In this document: piece by piece, positions 49,014 to 59,640 of the stretch
How positions within the stretch are numbered: the stretch's first letter is position 1
Layout: the number at the start of each line of letters is the position of its first letter
DNA from: Beijerinckiaceae bacterium
GTDB lineage: Bacteria; Pseudomonadota; Alphaproteobacteria; Rhizobiales; Beijerinckiaceae
Assembly: GCA_965249685.1 (NCBI GenBank)
Contig: CBDFMN010000002.1
Coordinates: 8,511-72,510, forward strand
Direction: 5' to 3'
Length of the DNA: 64,000 nt
Translations under genes and position numbers: made by a program
Notes under the pieces: generated by a model
The model's database searches: none
Seen by the model: only the letters and a program-made list of their open reading frames with translations
What the model was told of the DNA's origin: nothing

Positions 49014-49670
49014 ATGACCGATCTTACGCCGACCGCCCGCCGCAAGCTCGTGCCCACCCTTGCGACCTTGGGCGTGCTGGCCGCGGTCGTCGTCGGTCTC
49101 GCTCTATACGGGATGGCCACGCCCGGCCGCAAGAAAGTCGCCGCGAGCGGGGCCTGCGCGCTCTCGCAGATGGCGGCCGAGCGCGCCGACCCGCTGGTCC
49201 GCGGCGAGGTCGCGGCTCTCACGCTGGCCGAGGGCGAGAACCGACTGTCCGACATAGCCTTCGACGGACCGGACGGGTCGAAGACGAGCGTCGCCGCCTT
49301 CAAGGGCCGCACCGTTCTCCTCAATCTCTGGGCGACCTGGTGCGTGCCCTGCCGCCAGGAGATGCCCTCGCTCGCCAAGCTGCAGGCGGCCATCGGCTCG
49401 CCGGACTTCTCCGTCGTGGCCGTCAACATCGACACCGCCCGCCTCGACAGGCCGAAGGCTTTCCTGAAGGAGATCGGCGCGACCGACCTGCCCTTCTACG
49501 CCGACAACACGGCCGACATCCTGCAGCAGCTCAAGCGCACTCAAAAGATCATCGGCCTGCCGACAACCATCCTCATCGGCAAGGACGGTTGCGAGATCGG
49601 CACCATGGCGGGGCCGGCCGAATGGGATTCGCCCGACGCGCAGGCGCTGATCAAGCGGCTAGAGGGCTAG
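49014..49670 (+). CDS. tlpA: TlpA family thiol:disulfide oxidoreductase
   Basis: TM anchor; [10 protein letters not shown]; GLPTT; GPAEW. Confidence 0.9.
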   Translation: MTDLTPTARRKLVPTLATLGVLAAVVVGLALYGMATPGRKKVAASGACALSQMAAERADPLVRGEVAALTLAEGENRLSDIAFDGPDGSKTSVAAFKGRTVLLNLWATWCVPCRQEMPSLAKLQAAIGSPDFSVVAVNIDTARLDRPKAFLKEIGATDLPFYADNTADILQQLKRTQKIIGLPTTILIGKDGCEIGTMAGPAEWDSPDAQALIKRLEG

Positions 49671-49675
49671 CCGAC

Positions 49676-51133
49676 GTGGCCGCCAAGGCCATCATGCTGC
49701 AGGGAACGGGCTCCGATGTCGGCAAGTCGCTCCTCGTCGCCGGCCTCTGCCGCGCCCTCGTGCGGCGCGGTCTGCGCGTGCGGCCGTTCAAGCCGCAGAA
49801 CATGTCGAACAACGCCGCCGTGACGGCAGACGGCGGCGAGATCGGCCGCGCCCAGGCCGTGCAGGCGCGCGCTTGCGGCGTGCCGCCCTCCGTCCACATG
49901 AACCCGGTGCTGCTGAAGCCCCACAGCGGCACGGGCTCGCAGGTGGTGGTGCAGGGACGCGTCGCCGGCCAGGCCGAGGCCAAGGCCTATCAGGGATGGA
50001 AGCCGCGTCTCCTGCCGGCGGTGCTCGACAGCTTTGCGCGCCTCAAGGACGAGGCGGACGTGGTCGTGGTCGAAGGCGCCGGCAGCGCCTCGGAGGTCAA
50101 CCTGCGCGCCGGCGACATCGCCAACATGGGTTTTGCCCGTGCCGCCGACGTGCCGGTGGTGCTCGTCGGCGACATCGACCGCGGCGGTGTCATCGCTCAG
50201 CTCGTCGGCACCCAAGCGGTCGTCGCGCCCGAAGACGCCGCCATGGTGACGGGTTTTCTCGTCAACAAGTTCCGCGGCGACCCCAGCCTCTTCGCGGAGG
50301 GAATGCGGTTGATCGCGGAAAGGACCGGCTGGCCGGCGCTCGGCCTCGTGCCCTTCTTCCCCGACGCGGCCAGACTGCCGGCCGAGGACTCGCTCGCCCT
50401 GCGCGGCTGGACGCCGGGCGACGGACCGCTGACGATCGCCGTGCCCCTCCTGCCCGGTATCTCCAATTTCGACGACCTCGACCCGCTGCGGCTGGAGCCG
50501 GCCGTACGGCTGGTGATGGTGCGTCCGGGCGAGACCTTGCCGCCGCAGGCGCGTCTGGTGATCCTGCCGGGCTCGAAGACCACGATCGCCGATCTGAAGG
50601 CGTTGCGCCGCGAGGGGTGGGACATCGACCTCGCCGCCCACGTCCGGCGCGGCGGCCATCTGTTCGGGCTGTGCGGCGGCTACCAGATGCTCGGCCGCAG
50701 CCTTGCCGACCCGCTTGGGCTGGAAGGGCCGCCGGAGGAGGTGGCGGGCCTCGGCTACCTCGACGTCGCGACCGTGCTCGGCGGCGACAAGCGCCTCGCG
50801 CCGGTGACCGGGACCACCGCGGCGGACGCCGCGCCCTTTGCCGGCTACGAGATGCACCTTGGCACCACCGGCGGCCCGGCCTGCGAGCGCCCGCTCCTGC
50901 GCTTCGCGGACGGACGCGCGGACGGGGCCCTCTCGGACACGGGGCGGGTCGCCGGCTGCTATGTCCACGGCCTCTTCGCCGACGACCGGCAGCGCGCCGC
51001 CTGGCTCGCCCGGCTGGGCACCGCGAGCGACGGCGCCTCCTACGAGGCGGGGCAGGAGGCGGCGCTCGATGCGCTCGCCGCGCACCTCGAGGCGCATGTC
51101 GCTATCGACCGCCTCATCGCCCTAGCGCGATGA
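49676..51133 (+). CDS. cobQ: Cobyric acid synthase
   Basis: [42 protein letters not shown]. Confidence 0.95.
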   Translation: MAAKAIMLQGTGSDVGKSLLVAGLCRALVRRGLRVRPFKPQNMSNNAAVTADGGEIGRAQAVQARACGVPPSVHMNPVLLKPHSGTGSQVVVQGRVAGQAEAKAYQGWKPRLLPAVLDSFARLKDEADVVVVEGAGSASEVNLRAGDIANMGFARAADVPVVLVGDIDRGGVIAQLVGTQAVVAPEDAAMVTGFLVNKFRGDPSLFAEGMRLIAERTGWPALGLVPFFPDAARLPAEDSLALRGWTPGDGPLTIAVPLLPGISNFDDLDPLRLEPAVRLVMVRPGETLPPQARLVILPGSKTTIADLKALRREGWDIDLAAHVRRGGHLFGLCGGYQMLGRSLADPLGLEGPPEEVAGLGYLDVATVLGGDKRLAPVTGTTAADAAPFAGYEMHLGTTGGPACERPLLRFADGRADGALSDTGRVAGCYVHGLFADDRQRAAWLARLGTASDGASYEAGQEAALDALAAHLEAHVAIDRLIALAR

Positions 51134-52100
51134 CCAGCGTCGCGGCCGCGATGGCGCCGGCGTTCAGGCCGCAGGCGAGCCGGTAGAGGCCCAGCGCCCG
51201 GTCGATCGCCGCCGCGTCGGGCGGGCCGCCGTCGCCCATCGTCGCGTCGATGACGGTTGCGCCGTCGTAGGCGCGCGCGCCACCCAGGCGCAGCCCCAAA
51301 GCGCCGGCCATCGCGGCCTCCGGCCAGCCCGCATTGGGCGAGGGATGGCCGCGCGCGTCGCGACGCATGACGCGCCAGGCGTCCCGACCGGACGCCTCGC
51401 CGCCGATCGCGGCGGCGAGCACGATCCACAGCCCGGCGAGCCGCGCCGCCGGCCAGTTGACCGCGTCGTCGAGCTTGGCGGCGGCGAAGCCGAAGGCGAG
51501 GTGACGCGGCGAGCGATGGCCGACCATGCTGTCGGCGGTATTCACCGCCTTGTAGAAGACGCCGCCCGGCAAGCCACCCAGCGCCAGGAACAGCGCGGGC
51601 GCGACGATCCCATCGGAGAAGTTCTCGGCCAAGCTCTCGATCGCCGCGCGCGCGACCCCCGCCTCGTCGAGCGCGGCGGTGTCGCGCCCGACGATCATCG
51701 CCACGGCGCGGCGCCCGGCCGGCAAGCCGCCGCTTCGCAGCGCGTCGCGGACGGCGCGGACGTGCTCGTCGAGGCTGCGCTGCGCCAAGCATGACGAGGC
51801 GAGGAGGCCGAGGACCGCCGCCGCCGCCAGCGTGGGAAGCAGGCGCACGGCCGCCGCCTCCAGCGCGAGGGCCGGGAGAAGCGCGGCGGCAAGCAGGATC
51901 AGCAGCGCGAGGAAGCCGGCGGCCCGGCGTCGCGCGAAAGGCTCACCTTCAAGGTTGAAAGACCGGTCGAGGCGATCGAGGCAGCCGCCGAGCCACGTAA
52001 CGGGATGGCCGACGCGGCGGAACACCGCCGCCGGGTATCCGAACGCGGCTTCGACGAGCAGGGCCACGCACGCGGTGCAGAAATGGATCAGGGTGTCCAT
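51114..52100 (-). CDS. cobD: Adenosylcobinamide-phosphate synthase
   Basis: [45 protein letters not shown]. Confidence 0.95.
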   Translation of the reverse strand: MDTLIHFCTACVALLVEAAFGYPAAVFRRVGHPVTWLGGCLDRLDRSFNLEGEPFARRRAAGFLALLILLAAALLPALALEAAAVRLLPTLAAAAVLGLLASSCLAQRSLDEHVRAVRDALRSGGLPAGRRAVAMIVGRDTAALDEAGVARAAIESLAENFSDGIVAPALFLALGGLPGGVFYKAVNTADSMVGHRSPRHLAFGFAAAKLDDAVNWPAARLAGLWIVLAAAIGGEASGRDAWRVMRRDARGHPSPNAGWPEAAMAGALGLRLGGARAYDGATVIDATMGDGGPPDAAAIDRALGLYRLACGLNAGAIAAATLVIALGR

Positions 52101-52339
52101 GGCCCTCGAGGCTTAGCGATGGAGCAGGACGCCGGCAACAGGCGCGTGGCTAGAGGCGCGTGGCTTTTGCGCCGATTACGACGAGGCGGAAGCTTAAGCC
52201 CGATCCGACGTCCCGTGCCGCGCCGCTCCTTAACTTGCTTTGCGACACTGGACTTGCTTCGCGACGCTTGCTCTGCGACCCTTGCAAGAGTGGAATCACG
52301 CTGTCGCGCTGGATCGTCGCCGCCGGCGGGGGCCAACGT

Positions 52340-52379
52340 TTTAAATTCGTTCTAAAGTGTAGGTTGGAGCATTTCTAAT
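52340..52379. promoter_or_regulatory. Two Irr/ICE-like iron boxes upstream of ftrA
   Basis: TTTAAAT-TCG-TTCTAAA (52340-52356) and GTTGGAG-CAT-TTCTAAT (52363-52379) vs TTTRGAA-N3-TTCYAAA. Confidence 0.6.
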
Positions 52380-52506
52380 ATAGGGCCTGCGACCTCGTGT
52401 TTTCCCTAAAATCAGGGCTTCCGTCTTGATTAGCGCTCCCGGGTCATCGATAGGTTTGCTTCAAAGGCAGCATCGGCATCACGCCCTATACGAAAGATCC
52501 TCCTCC

Positions 52507-53037
52507 ATGCGTCTGGTGTTCACCGGCCTGTTGTTTGGAAACATTCTAATCTCGTCCGCGGCACTCGCCAAGGAAATCCCGCTCGGGCCGGAGCAGGAGA
52601 AGGACGGCATGACGTTCGGCGCCGTCTACCTCCAGCCGATCGAGATGGAACCCGAAGGCATGATGACGCCGGCGAAGGAGTCGGACGTCCACTTCGAGAT
52701 CGACGTCAAGGCCGCCAAAGGCAATGGCAACGGCTTCGCGCAGGGCGACTGGGTGCCCTTTCTCAAGGTCAGCTACGTGCTGACGAAGGTCGATGGCGGC
52801 GGACAGACGAAGAAGGGCGCGCTGATGCCGATGGTCGCCAACGATGGCCCGCACTACGGCGACAACGCCAAGCTGTTTGGCCCCGGCAAGTACACGATCT
52901 CCGTCACCGTCGCCCCGCCCGGCGCGGAGTTCGGCCGCCACGTCGACAAGGAGACCGGTGTTGGGCCTTGGTTCAAACCCGTGACCACGGACTGGGCCTT
53001 CACCTATGCCGGCACCGGCAAGAAGGGTGGGTATTGA
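52507..53037 (+). CDS. ftrA: Periplasmic Fe/Cu-binding protein (P19/Tp34/FtrA family)
   Basis: Signal peptide; AVYLQPIEM, SDVHFE, MPMVANDGPHYG, RHVDKETGV. Confidence 0.92.
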   Translation: MRLVFTGLLFGNILISSAALAKEIPLGPEQEKDGMTFGAVYLQPIEMEPEGMMTPAKESDVHFEIDVKAAKGNGNGFAQGDWVPFLKVSYVLTKVDGGGQTKKGALMPMVANDGPHYGDNAKLFGPGKYTISVTVAPPGAEFGRHVDKETGVGPWFKPVTTDWAFTYAGTGKKGGY

Positions 53038-53039
53038 CC

Positions 53040-53396
53040 ATGGCGCGGTTTACATCCGCCCTCGCGGCTGTCGCGACCGGCCTGGCGTTCGCCAGCTTCG
53101 GACCCATATGCAATGTGGCGCGCGCCGCCGACGAGCCGGTCTTCCCGATCGAGTTCAACGAGGGCGTGATGGCGCCGCTTCGCACCGAGGTGCCGGCGAA
53201 TACGCGCTTCAAGCTCGCCTTGACCAACAAGGGCAAGAGCCCGGCGGAGTTCGAGAGCAGCGAGCTGCGCCTGGAGAAGGTGCTGGCGGCGGGCTCGGCC
53301 TCCACGCTGGTGATCCGCACGCTCGATCCCGGCGAGTACAAGTTCTTCGACGATTTCCACCCCGATGCCCCGCCCTCGGTGCTCGTCGCCAAGTAG
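53040..53396 (+). CDS. ftrB: Cupredoxin-fold periplasmic protein (FtrB type)
   Basis: PAEFESSELRLEKV, LDPGEYKFFDDFH. Confidence 0.88.
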   Translation: MARFTSALAAVATGLAFASFGPICNVARAADEPVFPIEFNEGVMAPLRTEVPANTRFKLALTNKGKSPAEFESSELRLEKVLAAGSASTLVIRTLDPGEYKFFDDFHPDAPPSVLVAK

Positions 53397-53426
53397 GCGG
53401 CATGCCCGCGAGGGAGGCGCGACGAT

Positions 53427-54878
53427 TTGGCCGAGATGAGCGACGTTTCCCTTCCGGCCCGGCGCGGCATGGCCCCGGCGCGCCGCCCTGCCCCCGGCCT
53501 TCTGGCGCCTAGGCTTGCCGCGGCCGGCGAGTGGCTGCGTCGCCACCAGCGCGCGATCAACGTCGTGCAATGGGGTCTCATCGCGCTCTACGTGCCGCTC
53601 GTCGCGGTGCCCGCCTTCCTGCCGCTGCCGGAGCGCACGGCGCATCTGTGGAGCAACCTCACCCTCTTCGCGCAATTCGCGTTCTGGGGCGTGTGGTGGC
53701 CTTTCGTGCTGCTCAGCATGGTCGTCGTCGGCCGATCCTGGTGCGGGCTTTTCTGCCCGGAAGGCGCGCTGACCGAGCGTGTCAGCCGGTACGGCCTCGG
53801 CCTCGCCGTTCCGCGTTGGCTCCGCTGGCGCGGCTGGCCCTTCGTCGCCTTCTCCTTGACGACGATCTACGGGCAGATGACCAGCGTCTACCAATACCCC
53901 AAGCCGGTGCTGCTGATCCTCGGCGGCTCGACGGTGGGCGCCATGGTGGTCGGCTACCTCTACGGTCGCGACAAACGGGTGTGGTGCCGCTACCTCTGCC
54001 CCGTGAACGGGGTGTTCGGCCTTCTCGCCAAGCTGGCGCCGGTGCATTTCCGCGTCGACGAGGAGGCGTGGATGCACTCGCGCCGGGCGGTCAAGATCTT
54101 CGCGCGCCGGGTCAATTGCGCGCCGCTCGTGGCCCTGCCGACGATGAAGGGCGCGAGCGACTGCCACATGTGCGGCCGCTGCAGCCAGTTCCGCGGCGCC
54201 ATCGCGCTCGCGCCGCGCTCGCCCAACCGGGAGGTCACGACGGTCGCCGGCGCCGACCCGAAGCCTTGGGAGACGGTGCTCATCGTCTTCGGCCTCATGG
54301 GGGTCGCCGCCGGCGCTTTCCACTGGAGCAGCAGCCCCTGGTACTATTCCGCCAGGACCGCCGTCGCGACCTGGCTCATCGACCACGACCTGACCGCCCT
54401 CCTCTCGGTGCAGCCGCCGTGGTGGGTGCTGACGAACTATCCCGACAACAACGACAGCCTGACGCTGTTGGATGGCACCCTGCTCGTCGCCTACATCCTT
54501 GCAACGGCCGCTGTCGTCGGGCTCGCCGTATCGGCCGGCCTCGCCGGGGCCACGGCGGCGCTGGGACGCTGGCGCTTGGCGGCGTTCCATCATCTCGCGC
54601 AATGCCTTATTCCGATCGCCGGCTGCGGCGTGTTCCTCGGGCTTTTCGCCATCACGCTGGCCATGCTGAAAGCCGATGGCGTATCGTTCGGCGCGGCCGT
54701 CGGCGTTGTGCGGGCGGCGATGCTGGGCGGCGCCTGGGCCTGGGTCGTCGCCCTCGCCTGGGGCGTGGCCGGCCGCTACGCGGCGGTTCCGGCTCGCCGC
54801 CTCGCCGCTACCGCGTGCGTCGGCGTGGCCGGCGGGGTCGGCGTCGCGAGCTGGGTGCTGCTCTTCTTCGTCTGGTAG
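53427..54878 (+). CDS. ftrD: Membrane polyferredoxin (FtrD type)
   Basis: WCGLFCPEG, WCRYLCPVNG, CHMCGRC; many TMs. Confidence 0.88.
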   Translation: MAEMSDVSLPARRGMAPARRPAPGLLAPRLAAAGEWLRRHQRAINVVQWGLIALYVPLVAVPAFLPLPERTAHLWSNLTLFAQFAFWGVWWPFVLLSMVVVGRSWCGLFCPEGALTERVSRYGLGLAVPRWLRWRGWPFVAFSLTTIYGQMTSVYQYPKPVLLILGGSTVGAMVVGYLYGRDKRVWCRYLCPVNGVFGLLAKLAPVHFRVDEEAWMHSRRAVKIFARRVNCAPLVALPTMKGASDCHMCGRCSQFRGAIALAPRSPNREVTTVAGADPKPWETVLIVFGLMGVAAGAFHWSSSPWYYSARTAVATWLIDHDLTALLSVQPPWWVLTNYPDNNDSLTLLDGTLLVAYILATAAVVGLAVSAGLAGATAALGRWRLAAFHHLAQCLIPIAGCGVFLGLFAITLAMLKADGVSFGAAVGVVRAAMLGGAWAWVVALAWGVAGRYAAVPARRLAATACVGVAGGVGVASWVLLFFVW

Positions 54879-55058
54879 GCGCCCGCTCTCGCTTCCAAGT
54901 CTACAGGGGCGGGTCCGCCGACCGAGCCTGCGACACCCGCACCGGCATTAAATATAAACACAATCGGCTTCCGCCCCACATGCGAATCAACCGCAGGTTG
55001 CTAGTTAAGAAAGCGTAAAATTTTAGTCTAAAGCGTTCGTTACGCGGCGTTTTACTTC

Positions 55059-57095
55059 ATGCGTGTTAACCTAACACAGACACTTGATCCCGCGCCGCGA
55101 CCTCGCCCGCGCGACGCCTACGTCGATCTTCCGGCAGATCTCGCCTTTCTCCGCGCCTATGGCGTGCCGCACCACGACCTGCGGCGCGCGGCGCGCCGGG
55201 CGTCCGTCCAGGCCGTGCCCGCCGCCGAGGCTCTCATCGCGGCCGGCGGCATCAGCGCCCACCTGTTCTATCGCGCGCTAGCGGACCACCTCGGCCTGCC
55301 CTTCGTCCAGAGCGGGATCGCGCTGGCGCCCGGCCCCGCGGCCTCCGCGACCGCCCACGGCCTGGCCCGCCTCGCGCCCGGCGCACAAGCACCGTGGTTG
55401 CTCGCGCCGCGCGGAGCCGCCCTGTCCCTCCTCCTCGAGGCGCGCCGGCGTGGCCTGCGCATGCCGGATGCGCTCGTCACCACGCCCAGTCGCCTCTCTT
55501 TGATGGCGCGCGGCGCGGACGAAGTCGCGATGACGCATGCGGCAAGCGAGGGCCTTCCGGAACGCGACCCCGGCCTGTCGGCCAAGACAGCGACGGATCG
55601 GTCCGTCAAGCTCGGCTTGGCGGTCGGCCTCGTCGTCCTCGGCACCGCCGCTGCTCTCGCGCCGCTACCCACCGCGATCGCGGCCGGACTCGTGTTCTTC
55701 GCGGCGATGACCTTCCGCTTGATGGTCTGCGCCGCCGGCTTGGCGGTTCCGCACGCGGTGGCGGAGGCGATCGCCGACCGCGAACTCCCGCTCTATTCCG
55801 TGCTGGTCCCGATCTATCGGGAGGCCGCGATGGTGCCAGCGCTCGTCGCGCGTCTCGATGCCCTCGACTATCCCCGCGCCAAGCTTGAAATCCGCCTCCT
55901 GGTGGAGGCCGACGACGCGGAGACCCAGCTCGCCTGCCTGGCGGCGCCACTCGCGCCGCATTACGAGGTGATCGTCGTGCCGAGCGGCCACCCGCGTACC
56001 AAGCCGCGCGCCCTGAACTTGGCGCTGCCGCTGGTGCGCGGCACCCTCGTGACGATCTTCGATGCCGAGGACGCCCCCGAGCCGCAGCAATTGCGTCAGG
56101 CCGCCGCTCGCTTCCACCACGCGCCGCCGGACCTTGCCTGCCTCCAAGCCAGTCTGGCGATCCACAACGGCGCCGAGAGCCTCCTCGCGCGCCTTTTCAG
56201 CCTGGAATACGCGGGCCTCTTCGACCTCTTCAACAAGGGCATCGCCGCGTGGCACTTGCCCATGGCGCTGGGTGGCACCTCCAACCACTTCCGCGCGGCT
56301 GCCTTGCGCGCGGTCGGCGGCTGGGATGCCTGGAACGTCGCGGAGGACGCGGACCTCGGCCTGCGGCTCGCGCGCTTTGGCTTCAGGACGGAGGTTTTGG
56401 CAGCGACCACGTCCGAGGAGGCGCCGACCGACCTGGGAAACTGGTTCCGGCAGCGGCGGCGCTGGACCAAGGGCTGGATGCAGACGGCCCTCGTGCTCGG
56501 CCGCCACCCGGGCCGGCTGTACGCGGAGCTCGGCTTGTGGCAGACGGTCACGATCTTCCTGCAACTCACGAGCCTCGTGGCCGGGCCGCTCGCCGCCTGC
56601 CCGCTCACGGTGATCACCGCGGTATGGTTCTGCGCCTACGACCTGCCCGAATGCGCCGCCTGGGCGCAGTGGGCGGAAGCCACGCTGTGGGGCTCCGTCT
56701 TCGCGCTCGGACCAGCCTCGGTGCTATGGCCCGCCTACGCCGCCGCTCGGATGCGACGGCTGCAAGCCACCCCGCTCGCCGTCCTCGCCTTGCTGCCCTA
56801 TCAGGTCCTGATCGGCCTTGCCGCCTGGGGCGGCCTCGTCGACCTGCTCGTCAGGCCCCACCACTGGCACAAGACGCGACATGGGGCGGCGATCACGATC
56901 GATCGCGCCCACACCTCGGACGAGAACCGGCGCGCAGGCGCGCCGGCCTGGTTGGCTCAGCCTTTGGTACGGGCCTTTCGCGCGGCATACCGTGCGTCGC
57001 GGGCCGCTTTCCGATCGACCTCGTCGGCGATGACGCGCGATGCGCGCGCCAGGGCCGCCGCCGCGTCCGCGGCCTTGGCTTCCTCGGCAGCCTGA
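55059..57095 (+). CDS. GT2 processive glycosyltransferase with degenerate N-terminal MshEN/T2SSE_N-like domain
   Basis: LVPIYRE, DAED, GGTSNHF, AEDADLG, QRRRW; N-terminal ALIAAGGISAHLFYRALADHLGLPFV. Confidence 0.88.
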   Translation: MRVNLTQTLDPAPRPRPRDAYVDLPADLAFLRAYGVPHHDLRRAARRASVQAVPAAEALIAAGGISAHLFYRALADHLGLPFVQSGIALAPGPAASATAHGLARLAPGAQAPWLLAPRGAALSLLLEARRRGLRMPDALVTTPSRLSLMARGADEVAMTHAASEGLPERDPGLSAKTATDRSVKLGLAVGLVVLGTAAALAPLPTAIAAGLVFFAAMTFRLMVCAAGLAVPHAVAEAIADRELPLYSVLVPIYREAAMVPALVARLDALDYPRAKLEIRLLVEADDAETQLACLAAPLAPHYEVIVVPSGHPRTKPRALNLALPLVRGTLVTIFDAEDAPEPQQLRQAAARFHHAPPDLACLQASLAIHNGAESLLARLFSLEYAGLFDLFNKGIAAWHLPMALGGTSNHFRAAALRAVGGWDAWNVAEDADLGLRLARFGFRTEVLAATTSEEAPTDLGNWFRQRRRWTKGWMQTALVLGRHPGRLYAELGLWQTVTIFLQLTSLVAGPLAACPLTVITAVWFCAYDLPECAAWAQWAEATLWGSVFALGPASVLWPAYAAARMRRLQATPLAVLALLPYQVLIGLAAWGGLVDLLVRPHHWHKTRHGAAITIDRAHTSDENRRAGAPAWLAQPLVRAFRAAYRASRAAFRSTSSAMTRDARARAAAASAALASSAA

Positions 57096-57355
57096 CGCTC
57101 CAGCGCGCGCTGCGCCTCGAGAGCCGCCTCCTGCTGCAGGCGGAGCGCCTCTTCGACCTCGCGCTCCTTGGCGCGGATCGCCTCGCGTTCGGCCATGCGG
57201 GCGTTGCGCGCGTCGACGATCGTACGCCTGGCAGCCTCGCGTGCCTTCAGCTCCGGGCTCGCCAAGCGTGCCTGGTAGTTCTTCAATTGCTCTTGCTTCT
57301 TGTCCATCGCAGAGCTTCGGCGTTCCGCGAAGCTCTTCTCTTTCAATCCGGCCAA
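56957..57355 (-). CDS. DUF6481-type coiled-coil protein
   Basis: MAGLKEKSFAERR ... RKAARDARYAARKAR. Confidence 0.8.
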   Translation of the reverse strand: MAGLKEKSFAERRSSAMDKKQEQLKNYQARLASPELKAREAARRTIVDARNARMAEREAIRAKEREVEEALRLQQEAALEAQRALERQAAEEAKAADAAAALARASRVIADEVDRKAARDARYAARKARTKG

Positions 57356-57564
57356 ACCGCTAACCTTCTATCATGCCTGAGATGCGCTTGACATAACGTC
57401 GGAGCCGCCAAAAATCCATGGCCGACGTCCGTCACGGCACAGAAAAAGGCAGTACTGTCCCCCCGTATCAGGCCGCATGGCGGCCTCGATTTGACGCGAG
57501 CAAGCGCACTTTTTACTGTCATGTGGCTGCCGCGCCTGCGGCTCCCCCGTCCCGGATCATCGTC

Positions 57565-59253
57565 ATGACCAGCGCCGCGCAACCGGCCGCCCCCTCCCCG
57601 TCGCTGCTCGAAGCCGCCAAGGTCAGCAAGGCCTGGCCTTTCGAGGAGGCGCGCAAGCTCGTCGCGCGCGTCGAGCGCACCGGTCAGCGCGAGGTGCTGT
57701 TCGAGACCGGCTACGGCCCCTCGGGCCTGCCGCATATCGGTACGTTCGGCGAGGTCGCCCGCACGACCATGGTGCGCCACGCCTTCGCGGTGCTGACCGA
57801 CGGCGCTGTGAAGACGCGTCTCCTCGCCTTTTCCGACGACATGGACGGGCTGCGCAAAGTGCCCGACAACGTACCAAACGGCGCGATGATCGCGACATAC
57901 CTGGGTCAGCCGCTGACGAAGGTGCCCGACCCGTTCGGCACGCACGAGAGTTTCGGGGCGCACAACAACGCCGAGCTTCGGCGTTTTCTCGACCAGTTCG
58001 GGTTCGACTACGAGTTCGCCTCGGCGACGGACTACTATGCGTCCGGCCGGTTCGACGCCGCTCTGCTGCACATGCTCGCGCGCTACGACGAGGTCATGGC
58101 CATCATGCTGCCGACCTTCCGCGAGGAGCGCGCGGCGACCTACTCGCCCTTTCTGCCGCTGCACCCGCGCACCGGCGAGGTCATGCAGGTGCCGATCGAG
58201 GCGGTCGACGTCAGCGCCGGCACGATCACCTGGCGCGATCCCGCCTCGTCGGAGGCGTTCACGACGTTGGTGACGGGCGGCCGCTGCAAGCTCCAGTGGA
58301 AGCCCGACTGGGCGATGCGATGGTATGCGCTGCACGTCGATTACGAGATGGCCGGCAAGGACCTGATCGACAGCGTAAAACTGTCGGGCACCATCGTCAG
58401 GGCGCTCGGTGGCACGCCGCCCGAGGGCTTCAACTACGAACTCTTCCTGGACGAGCGGGGCCAAAAGATCTCCAAATCCAAGGGCAACGGTCTGACCATC
58501 GACAACTGGCTGACCTATGCCAGCCCGGAGAGCCTCGCGCTGTTCATGTACCAGCGTCCGAAGGAGGCGAAGAAACTGCATTTCGACGTCATCCCGCGCG
58601 CCGTCGACGATTACCTCGGCTTCCTTAGTGCCATGCCGCGGCAGGAGGCGAAGGACCGGCTCGGCAACCCCGCCTGGCACATCCACGGCGGGGCGCCGCC
58701 GTCGGCGGAGGTGCTGCAGGCGGCGGGCGGCACGACGGCCCTGTCCTTCGCCATGCTGCTCAATCTCGCGACCGTCGCCAACAGCGAGGATCCTGCAGTG
58801 CTGTGGGGATTCCTGCGCCGCTACGCGCCCGACGTGTCGCCGCAATCTCACCCGCGCCTGAACGCGCTCGTGCGCTATGCCGTCGCCTATTATCGCGACT
58901 TCGTGCGCCCCGCGAAGCGCTACCGCCCGCCCGACGAAGTCGAGCGCGCGGCGCTTCAGTCACTGGATGCCGCGTTAACCGCCCTGCCGCCGGACGCTTC
59001 GGCCGAGGCGATCCAGATGGCGCTCTACGACGTCGCCCGCCCCGTGCCGCGCTACCAGAACCTCAAGGCCAAGGGGGCGACGCCGGAGCGGCCTGGCGTC
59101 TCCAACGACTGGTTCGCGATGCTCTACCAAGTGCTCCTCGGTGCGCAGGAGGGGCCGCGCTTCGGATCGTTCGTAGCCCTCTACGGCGTGGCGGAGACGC
59201 GCGCGCTGATCGCGCGGGCGCTGGCGGGCGCGCTCGCGCAGGAGGCGGCATGA
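57565..59253 (+). CDS. lysS: Class I lysyl-tRNA synthetase
   Basis: [43 protein letters not shown]. Confidence 0.96.
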   Translation: MTSAAQPAAPSPSLLEAAKVSKAWPFEEARKLVARVERTGQREVLFETGYGPSGLPHIGTFGEVARTTMVRHAFAVLTDGAVKTRLLAFSDDMDGLRKVPDNVPNGAMIATYLGQPLTKVPDPFGTHESFGAHNNAELRRFLDQFGFDYEFASATDYYASGRFDAALLHMLARYDEVMAIMLPTFREERAATYSPFLPLHPRTGEVMQVPIEAVDVSAGTITWRDPASSEAFTTLVTGGRCKLQWKPDWAMRWYALHVDYEMAGKDLIDSVKLSGTIVRALGGTPPEGFNYELFLDERGQKISKSKGNGLTIDNWLTYASPESLALFMYQRPKEAKKLHFDVIPRAVDDYLGFLSAMPRQEAKDRLGNPAWHIHGGAPPSAEVLQAAGGTTALSFAMLLNLATVANSEDPAVLWGFLRRYAPDVSPQSHPRLNALVRYAVAYYRDFVRPAKRYRPPDEVERAALQSLDAALTALPPDASAEAIQMALYDVARPVPRYQNLKAKGATPERPGVSNDWFAMLYQVLLGAQEGPRFGSFVALYGVAETRALIARALAGALAQEAA

Positions 59254-59597
59254 GCGGCCCCATCTTCAAGATCGTGCCGGAGCGTCTGTGGCGCGCGGCG
59301 GAAGCCGACGGCCTCTTCACGGGCGCACCGGTCGACCATTCCGATGGCTACATCCACTTTTCCGGCGCCGATCAGGTGCGCGAGACGGCGGCGAAATATT
59401 TTGCCGGCGAGCGCGACCTGCTGCTCGTCGCCGTCGATCCCGCCGCGCTCGGCGATGCCTTGCGCTGGGAACCCTCGCGCAGCGACGCCTTGTTCCCGCA
59501 CCTCTACGCGCCCCTCGACCCGGCGCGGGTGCTCTGGGTCGCGCCGCTACCGCTCGACGGCGACGGCCGGCACGACTTCGCCGGCCTGCTGCCGTGA
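59250..59597 (+). CDS. DUF952 family protein
   Basis: IFKI, DGYIHFS, WEPSR..LFPHLY. Confidence 0.9.
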   Translation: MSGPIFKIVPERLWRAAEADGLFTGAPVDHSDGYIHFSGADQVRETAAKYFAGERDLLLVAVDPAALGDALRWEPSRSDALFPHLYAPLDPARVLWVAPLPLDGDGRHDFAGLLP

Positions 59598-59640
59598 CCC
59601 GCAATCGGCTTCATCCCGAAGCACCGGGGAGGCACCCGCA

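Noticed and set aside
52101-52330. Possible cobalamin riboswitch upstream of cobD
   Set aside because: No B12-box or other conserved riboswitch segments could be found on either strand.
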